Shown piece by piece: positions 13,201 to 24,245 of a stretch of 64,000 bases of DNA. Each line of letters starts with the position of its first letter. Position 1 is the first letter of the stretch. A program made the position numbers and the translations under genes. Below the pieces are notes generated by a model. It did not search any database. It was not told the origin of the DNA and was given only the letters and a program-made list of their open reading frames with translations. Source of the DNA: Mobula hypostoma (taxonomy: Eukaryota); NCBI RefSeq assembly GCF_963921235.1, contig NC_086108.1, positions 7,440,001-7,504,000 of the forward strand, given 5' to 3'.

Positions 13201-16200
13201 TCCCAGCCTCCGTCACCATTCCCACTCTCCCCTCCTCCATCTGCCAATCATCCCTTCTCACCTCGATCCGCCCAGCACCTCCCAGCCTCCGTCACCATTC
13301 CCACTCTCCCCTCCTCCATCTGTCTATCATCCCTCCTCCCCTCGATCCGCCCAGCACCTCCCAGCCTCCGTCACTATTCCCACTCTCCCCTCCTCCACCT
13401 CCCTATCATCCCTCCTCGCCTCGATCCGCCCATCACCTCCCAGCCTCCGTCACTATTCCCACTCTCCCCTCCTCCACCTCCCTATCATCCCTCCTCGCCT
13501 CGATCCGCCCAGCACCTCCCAGCCTCCGTCACTATTCACACTCTCCCCTCCTCCATCTGCCTATCATCCCTCCTCCCCTCGATCCGCCCATCACCTCCCA
13601 GCCTCCGTCACTATTCCCACTCTCACCTCCTCCACCTCCCTATCATCCCTCCTCACCTCGATCCGCCCATCACCTCCCAGCCTCCGTCACTATTCACACT
13701 CTCCCCTCCTCCACCTCCCTATCATCCCTCCTCACCTCGATCCGCCCATCACCTCCCAGCCTCCGTCACTATTCACACTCTCCCCTCCTCCACCTCCCTA
13801 TCATCCCTCCTCACCTCGATCCACCCATCACCTCCCAGCCTCCGTTACTATTCACACTCTCCCCTCCTCCATCTGCCTATCATCCCTCCTCCCCTCGATC
13901 CGCCCATCACCTCCCAGCCTCCGTCACTATTCCCACTCTCACCTCCAACTCCCTATCATTCCTCCTCGCCTCGATCCGCCCAGCACATCCCAGCCTCTGT
14001 CACTATTCACACTCTCACCTCCTCCATCTGCCTATCATCCCTCCTCACCTCGATCTGCCCATCACCTCCCAGCCTCCGTTACTATTCACACTCTCCCCTC
14101 CTCCATCTGCCTATCATCCCTCCTCACCTCGATCCGCCCATCACCTCCCAGCCTCCGTCACTATTCACACTCTCCCCTCCTCCATCTGCATATCATCCCT
14201 CCTCACCTCGATCCGCCCATCACCTCCCAGCCTCCGTCACTATTCACACTCTCCCCTCCTCCATCTGCCTATCATCCCTCCTCGCCTCGATCCGCCCATC
14301 ACCTCCCAGCCTCCGTCACTATTCCCACTCTCCCCTCCTCCATCTGCCTATCATCCCTCCTCACCTCGATCCGCCCATCACCTCCCAGCCTCCGTCACTA
14401 TTCACACTCTCCCCTCCTCCATCTGCCTATCATCCCTCCTCACCTCGATCCGCCCATCACCTCCCAGCCTCCGTCACTATTCACACTCTCCCCTCCTCCA
14501 TCTGCCTATCATCCCTCCTCGCCTCGATCCGCCCATCACCTCCCAGCCTCCGTCACTATTCCCACTCTCCCCTCCTCCATCTGCCTATCATCCCTCCTCG
14601 CCTCGATCCGCCCATCACCTCCCAGCCTCCGTCACTATTCACACTCTCCCCTCCTCCATCTGCCTATCATCCCTCCTCACCTCGATCCGCCCATCACCTC
14701 CCAGCCTCCGTCACTATTCCCACTCTCCCCTCCTCCACCTCCCTATCATCCCTCCTCGCCTCGATCCGCCCATCACCTCCCAGCCTCCGTCACTATTCAC
14801 ACTCTCCCCTCCTCCATCTGCCTATCATCCCTCCTCACCTCGATCCGCCCAGCACCTCCCAGCCTCCGTCACTATTCCCACTCTCCCCTCCTCCACCTCC
14901 CTATCATCCCTCCTCGCCTCGATCCGCCCAGCACCTCCCAGCCTCCGTCACTATTCACACTCTCCCCTCCTCCATCTGCCTATCATCCCTCCTCACCTCG
15001 ATCCGCCCATCACCTCCCAGCCTCCGTCACTATTCCCACTCTCCCCTCCTCCATCTGCCTATCATCCCTCCTCACCTCGATCCGCCCATCACCTCCCAGC
15101 CTCCGTCACTATTCACACTCTCCCCTCCTCCATCTGCCTATCATCCCTCCTCACCTCGATCCACCCATCACCTCCCAGCCTCCGTCACTATTCACACTCT
15201 CCCCTCCTCCATCTGCCTATCATCCCTCCTCACCTCGATCCGCCCATCACCTCCCAGCCTCCGTCACTATTCCCACTCTCCCCTCCTCCATCTGCCTATC
15301 ATCCCTCCTCGCCTCGATCCGCCCATCACCTCCCAGCCTCCGTCACTATTCACACTCTCCCCTCCTCCACCTCCCTATCATCCCTCCTCGCCTCGATCCG
15401 CCCAGCACCTCCCAGCCTCCGTCACTATTCACACTCTCCCCTCCTCCATCTGCCTATCATCCCTCCTCACCTCGATCCGCCCATCACCTCCCAGCCTCCG
15501 TCACTATTCCCACTCTCCCCTCCTCCATCTGCCTATCATCCCTCCTCACCTCGATCCACCCATCACCTCCCAGTCTCCGTCACTATTCACACTCTCCCCT
15601 CCTCCATCTGCCTGTCATCCCTCCTCGCCTCGATCCGCCCATCACCTCCCAGCCTCCGTCACTGTTCCCACTCTCCCCTCCTCCACCTCCCTATCATCCC
15701 TCCTCACCTCGATCCGCCCATCACCTCCCAGCCTCCGTCACCATTCCCACTCTCCCCTCCTCCATCTGCCAATCATCCCTCCTCACCTCGATCCGCCCAT
15801 CACCTCCCAGCCTCCGTCACTATTCCCACTCTCCCCTCCTCCATCTGCCTATCATCCCTCCTCACCTCGATCCGCCCATCACCTCCCAGCCTCCGTCACT
15901 ATTCACACTCTCCCCTCCTCCATCTGCCTATCATCCCTCCTCACCTCGATCCGCCCATCACCTCCCAGCCTCCGTCACTATTCACACTCTCCCCTCCTCC
16001 ATCTGCCTATCATCCCTCCTCCCCTCGATCCGCCCATCACCTCCCAGCCTCCGTCACTATTCCCACTCTCCCCTCCTCCACCTCCCTATCATCCCTCCTC
16101 GCCTCGATCCGCCCATCACCTCCCAGCCTCCGTCACTATTCCCACTCTCCCCTCCTCCATCTCCCTATCATCCCTCCTCGCCTCGATCCGCCCAGCACCT

Positions 16201-17785
16201 CCCAGCCTCCGTCACTATTCCCACTCTCCCCTCCTCCACCTCCCTATCATCCCTCCTCACCTCGATCCGCCCATCACCTCCCAGCCTCCGTCACTATTCC
16301 CACTCTCCCCTCCTCCACCTCCCTATCATCCCTCCTCACCTCGATCCGCCCATCACCTCCCAGCCTCCGTCACTATTCACACTCTCCCCTCCTCCACCTC
16401 CCTATCATCCCTCCTCACCTCGATCCGCCCATCACCTCCCAGCCTCCGTCACTATTCACACTCTCCCCTCCTCCACCTCCCTATCATCCCTCCTCACCTC
16501 GATCCACCCATCACCTCCCAGCCTCCGTCACTATTCACACTCTCCCCTCCTCCATCTGCCTATCATCCCTCCTCCCCTCGATCCGCCCATCACCTCCCAG
16601 CCTCCGTCACTATTCACACTCTCCCCTCCTCCAACTCCCTATCATCCCTCCTCGCCTCGATCCGCCCAGCACCTCCCAGCCTCCGTCACTATTCACACTC
16701 TCCCCTCCTCCATCTGCCTATCATCCCTCCTCACCTCGATCCGCCCATCACCTCCCAGCCTCCGTCACTATTCACACTCTCCCCTCCTCCATCTGCCTAT
16801 CATCCCTCCTCACCTCGATCCGCCCATCACCTCCCAGCCTCCGTCACTATTCACACTCTCCCCTCCTCCATCTGCCTATCATCCCTCCTCACCTCGATCC
16901 GCCCATCACCTCCCAGCCTCCGTCACTATTCCACTCTCCCCTCCTCCATCTGCCTATCATCCCTCCTCACCTCGATCCGCCCATCACCTCCCAGCCTCCG
17001 TCACTATTCACACTCTCCCCTCCTCCATCTGCCTATCATCCCTCCTCACCTCGATCCGCCCATCACCTCCCAGCCTCCGTCACTATTCACACTCTCCCCT
17101 CCTCCATCTGCCTATCATCCCTCCTCACCTCGATCCGCCCATCACCTCCCAGCCTCCGTCACTATTCACACTCTCCCCTCCTCCATCTGCCTATCATCCC
17201 TCCTCACCTCGATCCGCCCATCACCTCCCAGCCTCCGTCACTATTCACACTCTCCCCTCCTCCATCTGCCTATCATCCCTCCTCACCTCGATCCGCCCAT
17301 CACCTCCCAGCCTCCGTCACAATTCCCACTCTCCCCTCCTCCATCTGCCAATCATCCCTCCTCGCCTCGATCCGCCCATCACCTCCCAGCCTCTGTCACT
17401 ATTCACACTCTCCCCTCCTCCATCTGCCTATCATCCCTCCTCACCTCGATCCGCCCATCACCTCCCAGCCTCCGTCACTATTCACACTCTCCCCTCCTCC
17501 ATCTGCCTATCATCCCTCCTCACCTCGATCCGCCCATCACCTCCCAGCCTCCGTCACTATTCACACTCTCCCCTCCTCCATCTGCCTATCATCCCTCCTC
17601 CCCTCGATCCGCCCATCACCTCCCAGCCTCCGTTACTATTCACACTCTCCCCTCCTCCACCTCCCTATCATCCCTCCTCACCTCGATCCGCCCAGCACCT
17701 CCCAGCCTCCGTCACTATTCACACTCTCCCCTCCTCCATCTGCCTATCATCCCTCCTCCCCTCGATCCGCCCATCACCTCCCAGC
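1213..17785 (+). repeat. 79-bp C-rich tandem array (satellite), ~210 copies
   Basis: Unit CTCGATCCGCCCATCACCTCCCAGCCTCCGTCACTATTCACACTCTCCCCTCCTCCATCTGCCTATCATCCCTCCTCAC; period 79 (e.g. 2161 to 2240); the translation repeats every 79 aa (3 units). Confidence 0.98.
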
Positions 17786-17870
17786 TCTTGCGCCTCCCCT
17801 TCTCTCCGCTTCTTTGTTGACTTATCTTCTTTCACCCAGTTGAGGGGTGTTGACCCAAAATGTAGACTTT
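17786..17870 (+). mobile_element. Remainder of the Penelope-like 3' region with a degenerate hammerhead motif (right flank of the satellite)
   Basis: CCAGCTCTTG...CAGTTGAGGGGTGTTGACCCAAAATGTAGACT resembles CCAGCTCTTGG...AGTCCTGACGAAGGGTCTCGGCCCGAAACGTCGACT of younger copies. Confidence 0.5.
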
Positions 17871-18529
17871 CCACAACCCTGCTTACATCTTTACAGTGTC
17901 TCCCATGAAGTGATATCTCCTGGAATAACACATTTTCTGCTTTCTTCTCGCTGTTTACCCCTGTTCACTTCAGGTCTTGGGTGGACTCTCTATATCAGTC
18001 CCATATTCCAACCAGGCTGAGCTGCTGCGGTTTGCCTGTTGTGCTGGTAAAAACACCTCCAATCCAGTCTTCCCTGTGATCCACAGAGCCACAGGGCTCG
18101 ACAGCACAGAAACAGGCCCTTCAGCCCATCAAGTTCGTGCCAGCTCAGTCTTCTGCTTATTTTCATCTATCTGCACCTGGGCCATAGCCGCCCCATCCAC
18201 GTACTGTACCAATCCAAACTTCTCTTCATTCTTCCAGCACCTCCCCTGGCAGCTGCTTCCTTGTTCGCACCACCCTGAGCGAAAAAGCTCCCCCGTAAAT
18301 ATTTCACTTTTGACCTCAAGTTCCAATCTCAGCCAACCTGAGGGGAAAAAGCTGCTTGTGTATACTCTGTCTATACCCTCATCATTTTGTAAACCTTTAT
18401 CATTATAACTCAGGTCATAGAATCATAGAGCTATAGAAAACTACAGCACCGAATCAGTCTAGTCTGATTAATCTGCCTCACCAACTTCAGCGTAACTTTC
18501 CAACCCCTGTATTCAATACGTTGATACTT

Positions 18530-18790
18530 TGGCCCCCAAAGTACTGACTGGGGTTCAGTTCCTGCCATTGCCTGCTTGGAGTCTGTACGCTCTCCCTGTG
18601 ACTGCGTGCGTCTCCTCTGCGTGTTCTGGTTTCCTCCCACAGTCCAAAGATGCACCGATTGGGAGGTTAATTTGTCTTTGTAAATTGCCCCGTGATTAGG
18701 CTGGGGTTAAATTGGGAGATTGCTCGTTGACGTGGCTCGAAGGCCTGGAAGAGCCTGTCCCTTCAGTGCTGTATCTCTATAAACAGATAG
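18530..18790 (+). mobile_element. V-SINE/HE1-like SINE
   Basis: Central GGTTTCCTCCCACAGTCCAAAGA V-domain-like block and CTGTATCTCTATAAA tail. Confidence 0.7.
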
Positions 18791-18859
18791 ATAGATACTT
18801 AGATCAATAAATAGGTAAATAAAAAACAAACAGACAGATAAATAGATAGAGAAGGAAAG

Positions 18860-19020
18860 AAAGTCCTGACAACATCCTTGTAAACTTTCTCTGCAATCTT
18901 TCAATCTGACTGATATCGTGTGTAGCAGGTGACCAGATCTGCACAAAATACTCCAAATTAGTCCTCACCAAGGTCTCATACAACTTCAACGAACATCCCA
19001 GCTCCTGCACTCAATGCCCT
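18860..19020 (-). mobile_element. CR1 LINE ORF2 fragment
   Basis: LKLYETLVRTNLEYFVQIWSP...ERLQRKFTRML motif. Confidence 0.8.
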
Positions 19021-21416
19021 GAGCTGTGTACATCAGACGAGCCTGACAGGGGTGGGGCTGTTCGGAGCTGCCAGTTCATGGTTCAGTGTGATAGTGGCTA
19101 TTTGACTGTGGGCTGCATCATGTCCAAAAGGCAACGCACCCTCCACTGGTCACTCTGTGTCCCAGCTGCAATATCAGGGGTAAAGCTGACTAGATGTCAC
19201 CAACTGCCGTGCCATATCGCACACATTCACACCTCACTCAGAACATTTAGCTTCACTCCACTTACTGGAAGATAAGATCCAGGCTTACACTGTGCAACAT
19301 GGTTGGTGTTGGTTGCCCATCCTGTCCGACGATGACAGGAAACCTGTACGGGAGAGTTTTTAAAGTGGAAAAGCCGTTGCACTGGGCAGTTCCAATCTCT
19401 CGACCTCGGAAGTCGGGGTCCAGTGGTACGAACAAGCGTCACAAACTGGGGTCTTCCTTGGTTACAATGGATGACCGTGACGTCTCCTGTGCCTCGTCGT
19501 GCTCTTCGCTCTCCACAGAGCGTTACAATACCACGTTTCTGGCGTTGGATCTCGTCCGTCCAGTATGCCAGAGCTGACCGCATGCTAGGACAGTATTTCC
19601 CTACCTCACCAGGGTATCAGGTCTCACCTGGTTTAGCCCGCCCGTCGAGGCCGTGTACCAGGGTGTGGCCGCTGTCGCATACAAACAGCTACCTGGAGCC
19701 ACAGGTGAGAGCTGAGTGTCTGGTGGGGACTAAGAATGAGTGAGCTGCCATGGAATGGACATGACAAGCCTCATTCACCAGAAATGGTACCCCCTCCCCG
19801 GACACCCCATAAATCTCACACTTTGCACTGTTCCTCACAAGTAGGCTGTTTGGCCCAACAAGGCTTTGCAATCCCATTCCCCAGCCCATTTTCCTTGTAT
19901 CCTCTCCTCCCCTCATTCCGATCAACTTCCCTCATTTTCCTCTAATGTTCAACCCAGGGCAATTTACAGAGGCCAGTTTGTTTTAAATTTAGGGATACAG
20001 GTTCTTCCTCCCCACACAACAAGCCCGGTCCGTCCAGTTACACCCATGTGACCAATTACCCTACTAATCTGTACATCTCTGGCACGTGGGAGGAAATCAC
20101 AGTACCCAGATGAAACCATTGCGGTCGCAGGAAGAATGTAACCCCTTTCAGAGCATGCTGGAATTGAACCCTGGTCACTGGTGTTGTCATAGCATTACAC
20201 TAACTGCAACACTACACCGCCGCACATACGTTAACCTACTATGTTCACAGTACGTTATACAACCTTGAGATTCATCTGCTGACAGGCAGCCACAAGCCAA
20301 AGAAACACGAACGAACCTATAATAAAAGGACCCAATGTTCAGAGAGAGAAAAACAAATCCTGCAGACGATGAACAGAAGCAGACGGTGGCCAGATCTGAA
20401 GCTCACGAAAGAGAGGCCGTGGCCAGACCCATAGTTCAGCACCGAGCCCAGTAAAGGTCACAGATCAGCAAGCTGAACCGTCCCGTCCCTCACCTTGCGC
20501 CCCAACACCTTGACCACTTCAATCTGGTCTGGTGCCTAGATCGTTGTCCAAACTTTGCTTCAATACGCTCTGGGGCCTGGACCTCATTTCGGCCTGTACC
20601 CAACGATACCAATTCGACCTGGCGCTTAAATGGTCATCCACACTTTGGGCTCGGTTGCTCTGTGCACTGGATCCTGCCGCCTCGATACGGACTGTACCTG
20701 ACCTTTCTGATCCAGCCTGGCGTTCAAATCGATCGAACCCCGTGGCTTCCCCACTCTCGGCAAGGAGTCCGCTACCTCGCCTCGTCTCGGCTCTGGTTGC
20801 CTCCTAGTCGAAAGGGAAGAACAGACCATTGCTTGAGGTGATTACTTGCCAGAAAAAGAGCGATTAACGAAGTGTTTAGTTTTTTCGTTGTTTCATCGGC
20901 CGCCAACCAGAGGTCACTGAGATTCACCAACGCCCTCTTAAACCGGATGTGGAAGCTAAACTGCACGTGGAAGTTAGAGCACTCACAGAAAGCCCTCGAG
21001 GTCACCGGGAGAACGGGAAGACTCCGAACAGACGGCAGTGGGGATTGTGATTGAAACAGGATCTCAGGAGCTGTGGGAGGCAGTACTACTTGCTGTGCTC
21101 CGTAATAAGAGTCCAGCACTGCTGGAGGCTTTAAACGAGGATGCCTCCTGCCTTTTGCAAAGAGTGAAGTCCCCGTGGAATATTTTGTTTTACCACAGCA
21201 GTTAATTGCCTGTAAAGTGTTTGAAGATTCCTGGGGTGAAAGGTCTTGTTTCCCAGCAGGGTTATTAGGTGTGAAATGCCTTGGCATTAGCTCATATTCT
21301 GATGGGACAGAAGGTTTTCTTTTTGCTTACATGAATGGAGCCAGAGCAGCGAACCCAAACAGGAACCTTATCGGACCTCCTAGGTCGATGGGCTGAAGGG
21401 CCTTAGACATCCGAAC

Positions 21417-21740
21417 CACTAGATAACAAGTTTTTTCAAAAGTGTTGCATCCTCAGAATTTTTTTCAGTTATGATAGACAGCTTGAAACTGAACACAAAT
21501 ATAATTTCAGACTACATGTATCACACAGGAATTTGGAGAAACAAGAAATTCACTTTTATTGAACACAATGTGTATTCTGACTCACTGTAATAGTTCAACT
21601 GAGCTAAAAATGTTTTGTTGATGACTTTCATTTGTACTCAGTGTCTGAGGGGTTTTGCTTAAGTGTCCAACAATAATCAGCCAGCATTGATGGATTCCAG
21701 TTGCCCTGATACCGTTTCTCCATGACCACGATGTCCTGAT
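21417..21740 (-). mobile_element. DNA transposon 3' end, Chapaev3 (CMC)-like
   Basis: Reverse strand encodes QDIVVMEKRYQGNWNPSMLADYCWTL; the downstream sequence matches 56280-56845; terminus CACTAGATAACAA at 21417. Family assignment is from recalled motif similarity. Confidence 0.55.
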
Positions 21741-21980
21741 TGTGATAACTTCTACTTTGAAAAAGGCACTCTCGACAACTTCATGCCAAAGAAACAACTT
21801 TATCTCGATTGTCAAAACCAATAGGTATACACAGAGGCTTTCTATCCCGTACGCATGGCAGGAACACTATATACAAAGCACTGGAAGTAAAAAGAACGGA
21901 AGTAAACCCCCCCCCATTATCCTAATTAGTATTAACTTATTTTTAATATGCTCACATTACAACACTTCTCCCCCTTTAAA
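21741..21980 (-). mobile_element. LTR with adjacent polypurine tract (Gypsy-like remnant)
   Basis: TG at 21741 and CA at 21963-21964; the reverse strand reads TTTAAAGGGGGAGAAG (PPT-like) directly before TGTTGTAATG. Confidence 0.45.
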
Positions 21981-22451
21981 ATCCAACATCCCCAAATGTA
22001 AAAGACTAGGAAATAAAAACAGTGGTGTTATTAACTTGCGTACCCCTGGTATCTCAGCAACAGTTTATCAATACAAAACATCACTTGTTGTCCAAGTGTT
22101 ATAGACCATACTCAGAACCATACACAGCTCAGAAACAGGCATTTCAGCCCTACTCTCTCCATGCTGACCAAGATTCCCATTGAAGCTAGTCCCATTTGCC
22201 TGCGTTTGGCCCAGTTGGCTTGAAACCTTTCCGCTCCATGTACTCGCCCGAGTTAAATGTTAATTATCTGTCTCAACTACTTTATCCTGGAGCTCATTCC
22301 AGTTACGTCACCCTCTGCGTGAAAGTATTGCCTCCCTCCTAGGTTCCTGTTAAATCTCCTTCTTCTCAAAGTAAATTTGCGTACTCTAGTAACATACATC
22401 AAAGTTGCTGGTGAACGCAGCAGGCCAGGCAGCATCTCTAGGAAGAGGTGC

Positions 22452-22487
22452 GGTCGACGTTTCAGGCCGAGACCCTTCGTCAGGACT
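22452..22487 (-). ncRNA. Minimal type I hammerhead ribozyme motif (Penelope pLTR)
   Basis: Reverse strand AGTC-CTGACGA-A-GGGT-CTCG-GCCT-GAAA-CG-TC-GACC. Confidence 0.7.
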
Positions 22488-23277
22488 AACTGAAGGAAGA
22501 GTGAGTAAGGGATTTGAAAGCTGGAGGGGGAGGGGGAGATGCAAAATGATAGGAGAAGACAGGAAGGGGAGGGATAGAGCCAAGAGCTGGACAGGTGATA
22601 GGCAAAAGGGGATACGAGAGGATCATGGGACAGGAGGTCCGGGAAGAAAGACAAAGAGGGGGGGAACCCAGAGGATGGGCAAGAGGTATATTCAGAGGGA
22701 CAGAGGGAGAAAAAGGAGAGTGAGAGAAAGAATGTGTGCATAAAAATAAGTAACAGATGGGGTACGAGGGGGAGGTGGGGCCTTAGCGGAAGTTAGAGAA
22801 GTCGATGTTCATGCCATCAGGTTGGAGGCTACCCAGACGGAATATAAGGTGTTGTTCCTCCAACCTGAGTGTGGCTTCATCTTTACAGTAGAGGAGGCCG
22901 TGGATAGACATGTCACCTTATATTCCGTCTGGGTAGCCTCCAACCTGATGGCATGATCATCGACTTCTCTAACTTCCGCTAATGCCCCACCTCCCCCACG
23001 TACCCCATCTGTTACTCATCTTTATGCACACATTCTTTCTCTCACTCTCCTTTTTCTCCCTCTGTCCCTCTGAATATACCTCTTGCCCATCCTCTGGGTC
23101 ACCCCCCCCCCTTGTCTTTCTTCCCGGACCTCCTGTCCCATGATCCTCTCGTATCCCTTTTGCCTATCACCTGTCCAGCTCTCGGCTCCATCCCTCCCCC
23201 TCCTGTCTTCTCCTATCATTTTGGATCTCCCCCTCCCCCTCCAGCTTTCAAATCCCTTACTCACTCTTCCTTCAGTT

Positions 23278-23313
23278 AGTCCTGACGAAGGGTCTCGGCC
23301 TGAAACGTCGACT
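23278..23313 (+). ncRNA. Minimal type I hammerhead ribozyme motif (Penelope pLTR)
   Basis: AGTC-CTGACGA-A-GGGT-CTCG-GCCT-GAAA-CG-TC-GACT: CUGANGA/GAAA core, GUC cleavage triplet, stem I AGTC/GACT. Confidence 0.75.
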
Positions 23314-23489
23314 GCACCTCTTCCTAGAGATGCTGCTTGGCCTGCTGCGTTCACCAGCAACTTTGATGTATGTTGCTTGAATTTCCAGCATCTGCAGAAT
23401 TCCTGTTGTTTGCGTACTCTAGTTTTAGATTGCCCAACCCTGGGGGAAAACAACTGTGTGCATTCACCTTATATGTGCCCCACGTGATG

Positions 23490-23885
23490 TTGTCATAATC
23501 ACCAACAGGTACCGTGTTGTATGATATGGGCGACCGTGGTCTTTCCATGAACTTGATTGTTGTTGGCAAATTTTTCCACAGTAGTGGTTTGCCATTGCCG
23601 CCTTCTGGGCAGTGTCTTTACAAGTCGGGTGACCCCAGCCATTATCAATACTCTTCAGAGATTGTCTGCCTGGTTTCAGTGGTCGCATCACCAGGACTTG
23701 TGATCTGCACCGGCTGCTCATACGACCATCCACCACCTACTCCCATGGCTTCACGTGACCCTGATCGGGGCTGGGGAGGGACTAAGCAGGTACTACACCT
23801 GCCCAAAGGTGACCTGCAGGCTGGCAGAGGGAAGGAGCGCCTTACACCTCCTTTGGTGGAAACGTATCTCCACCCCACCATCCTA
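23490..23885 (-). mobile_element. Short non-autonomous retroposon (RTE/Vingi-like 3' tail)
   Basis: GAAGGCxATGGCAAACCACTxCTG...TTGCCAAxAACAATCA tail; related copies at 27630, 40700, 43010-43466, 50090 and 62495. Superfamily uncertain. Confidence 0.55.
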
Positions 23886-24027
23886 CATAATGTCAGTTCT
23901 CTGTCTCCTAAGCGCTAATGAATGAAGTCCTAACCTGCCCAATCATTTTCTATAACTCAGTCTTCAAGTCCTGGCCACATCCTTGCAGATCTTCTCTGCA
24001 CTCTTTCCAGGTTAATGTCATCTTAGC

Positions 24028-24245
24028 GTGGCACAGTGACGTAGCGGTTAGCATAATGCTGCACAGTGCCAGCAACTGGAAGATTGGGGTTTAATTCCTT
24101 AAAGAACTCTGTACGATCTCTCCGTGACCACGTGGATTTCCTCTGGGTGCTCTGGTTTCCTCCCACAGTCCAAAAAACCTGCGAGTTGGGGTCAGTAAGT
24201 TGTGGTCACACCATGTTGGCGCCGTAAGTGTGGGGACACTTGTGG
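24028..24245 (+). mobile_element. V-SINE/HE1-like SINE
   Basis: tRNA-like head (GTAGCGGTTAGC...GGTTTAATTCC) plus GGTTTCCTCCCACAGTCCAAA domain. Confidence 0.7.

Larger units (their letters stand above)
22391..23408. mobile_element. Penelope-like element with inverted pseudo-LTRs (~1 kb palindrome) and 15-bp flanking duplication
   Basis: 22391-22851 is the near-perfect reverse complement of ~22914-23374; TTTGCGTACTCTAGT occurs at 22376-22390 and 23409-23423. Confidence 0.9.
22100..24025 (-). mobile_element. Old CR1 3' end interrupted by two younger insertions
   Basis: CR1 tail at 22100-22390 resumes at 23424-23480 and again at 23890-24025. Confidence 0.65.

Noticed and set aside
1010..17908. 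5632-aa and 3719-aa ORFs as a mucin/extensin-like gene
   Set aside because: Overlapping frames give the same peptide because the 79-bp unit lacks stops; indels are tolerated without regard to frame; no signal peptide or domain; the ATG appears TE-derived. Not listed as a CDS.
19220..19740. CpG-rich stretch as a possible exon or promoter
   Set aside because: No coherent splice or coding signal; it looks like an unclassified interspersed repeat that I could not assign.
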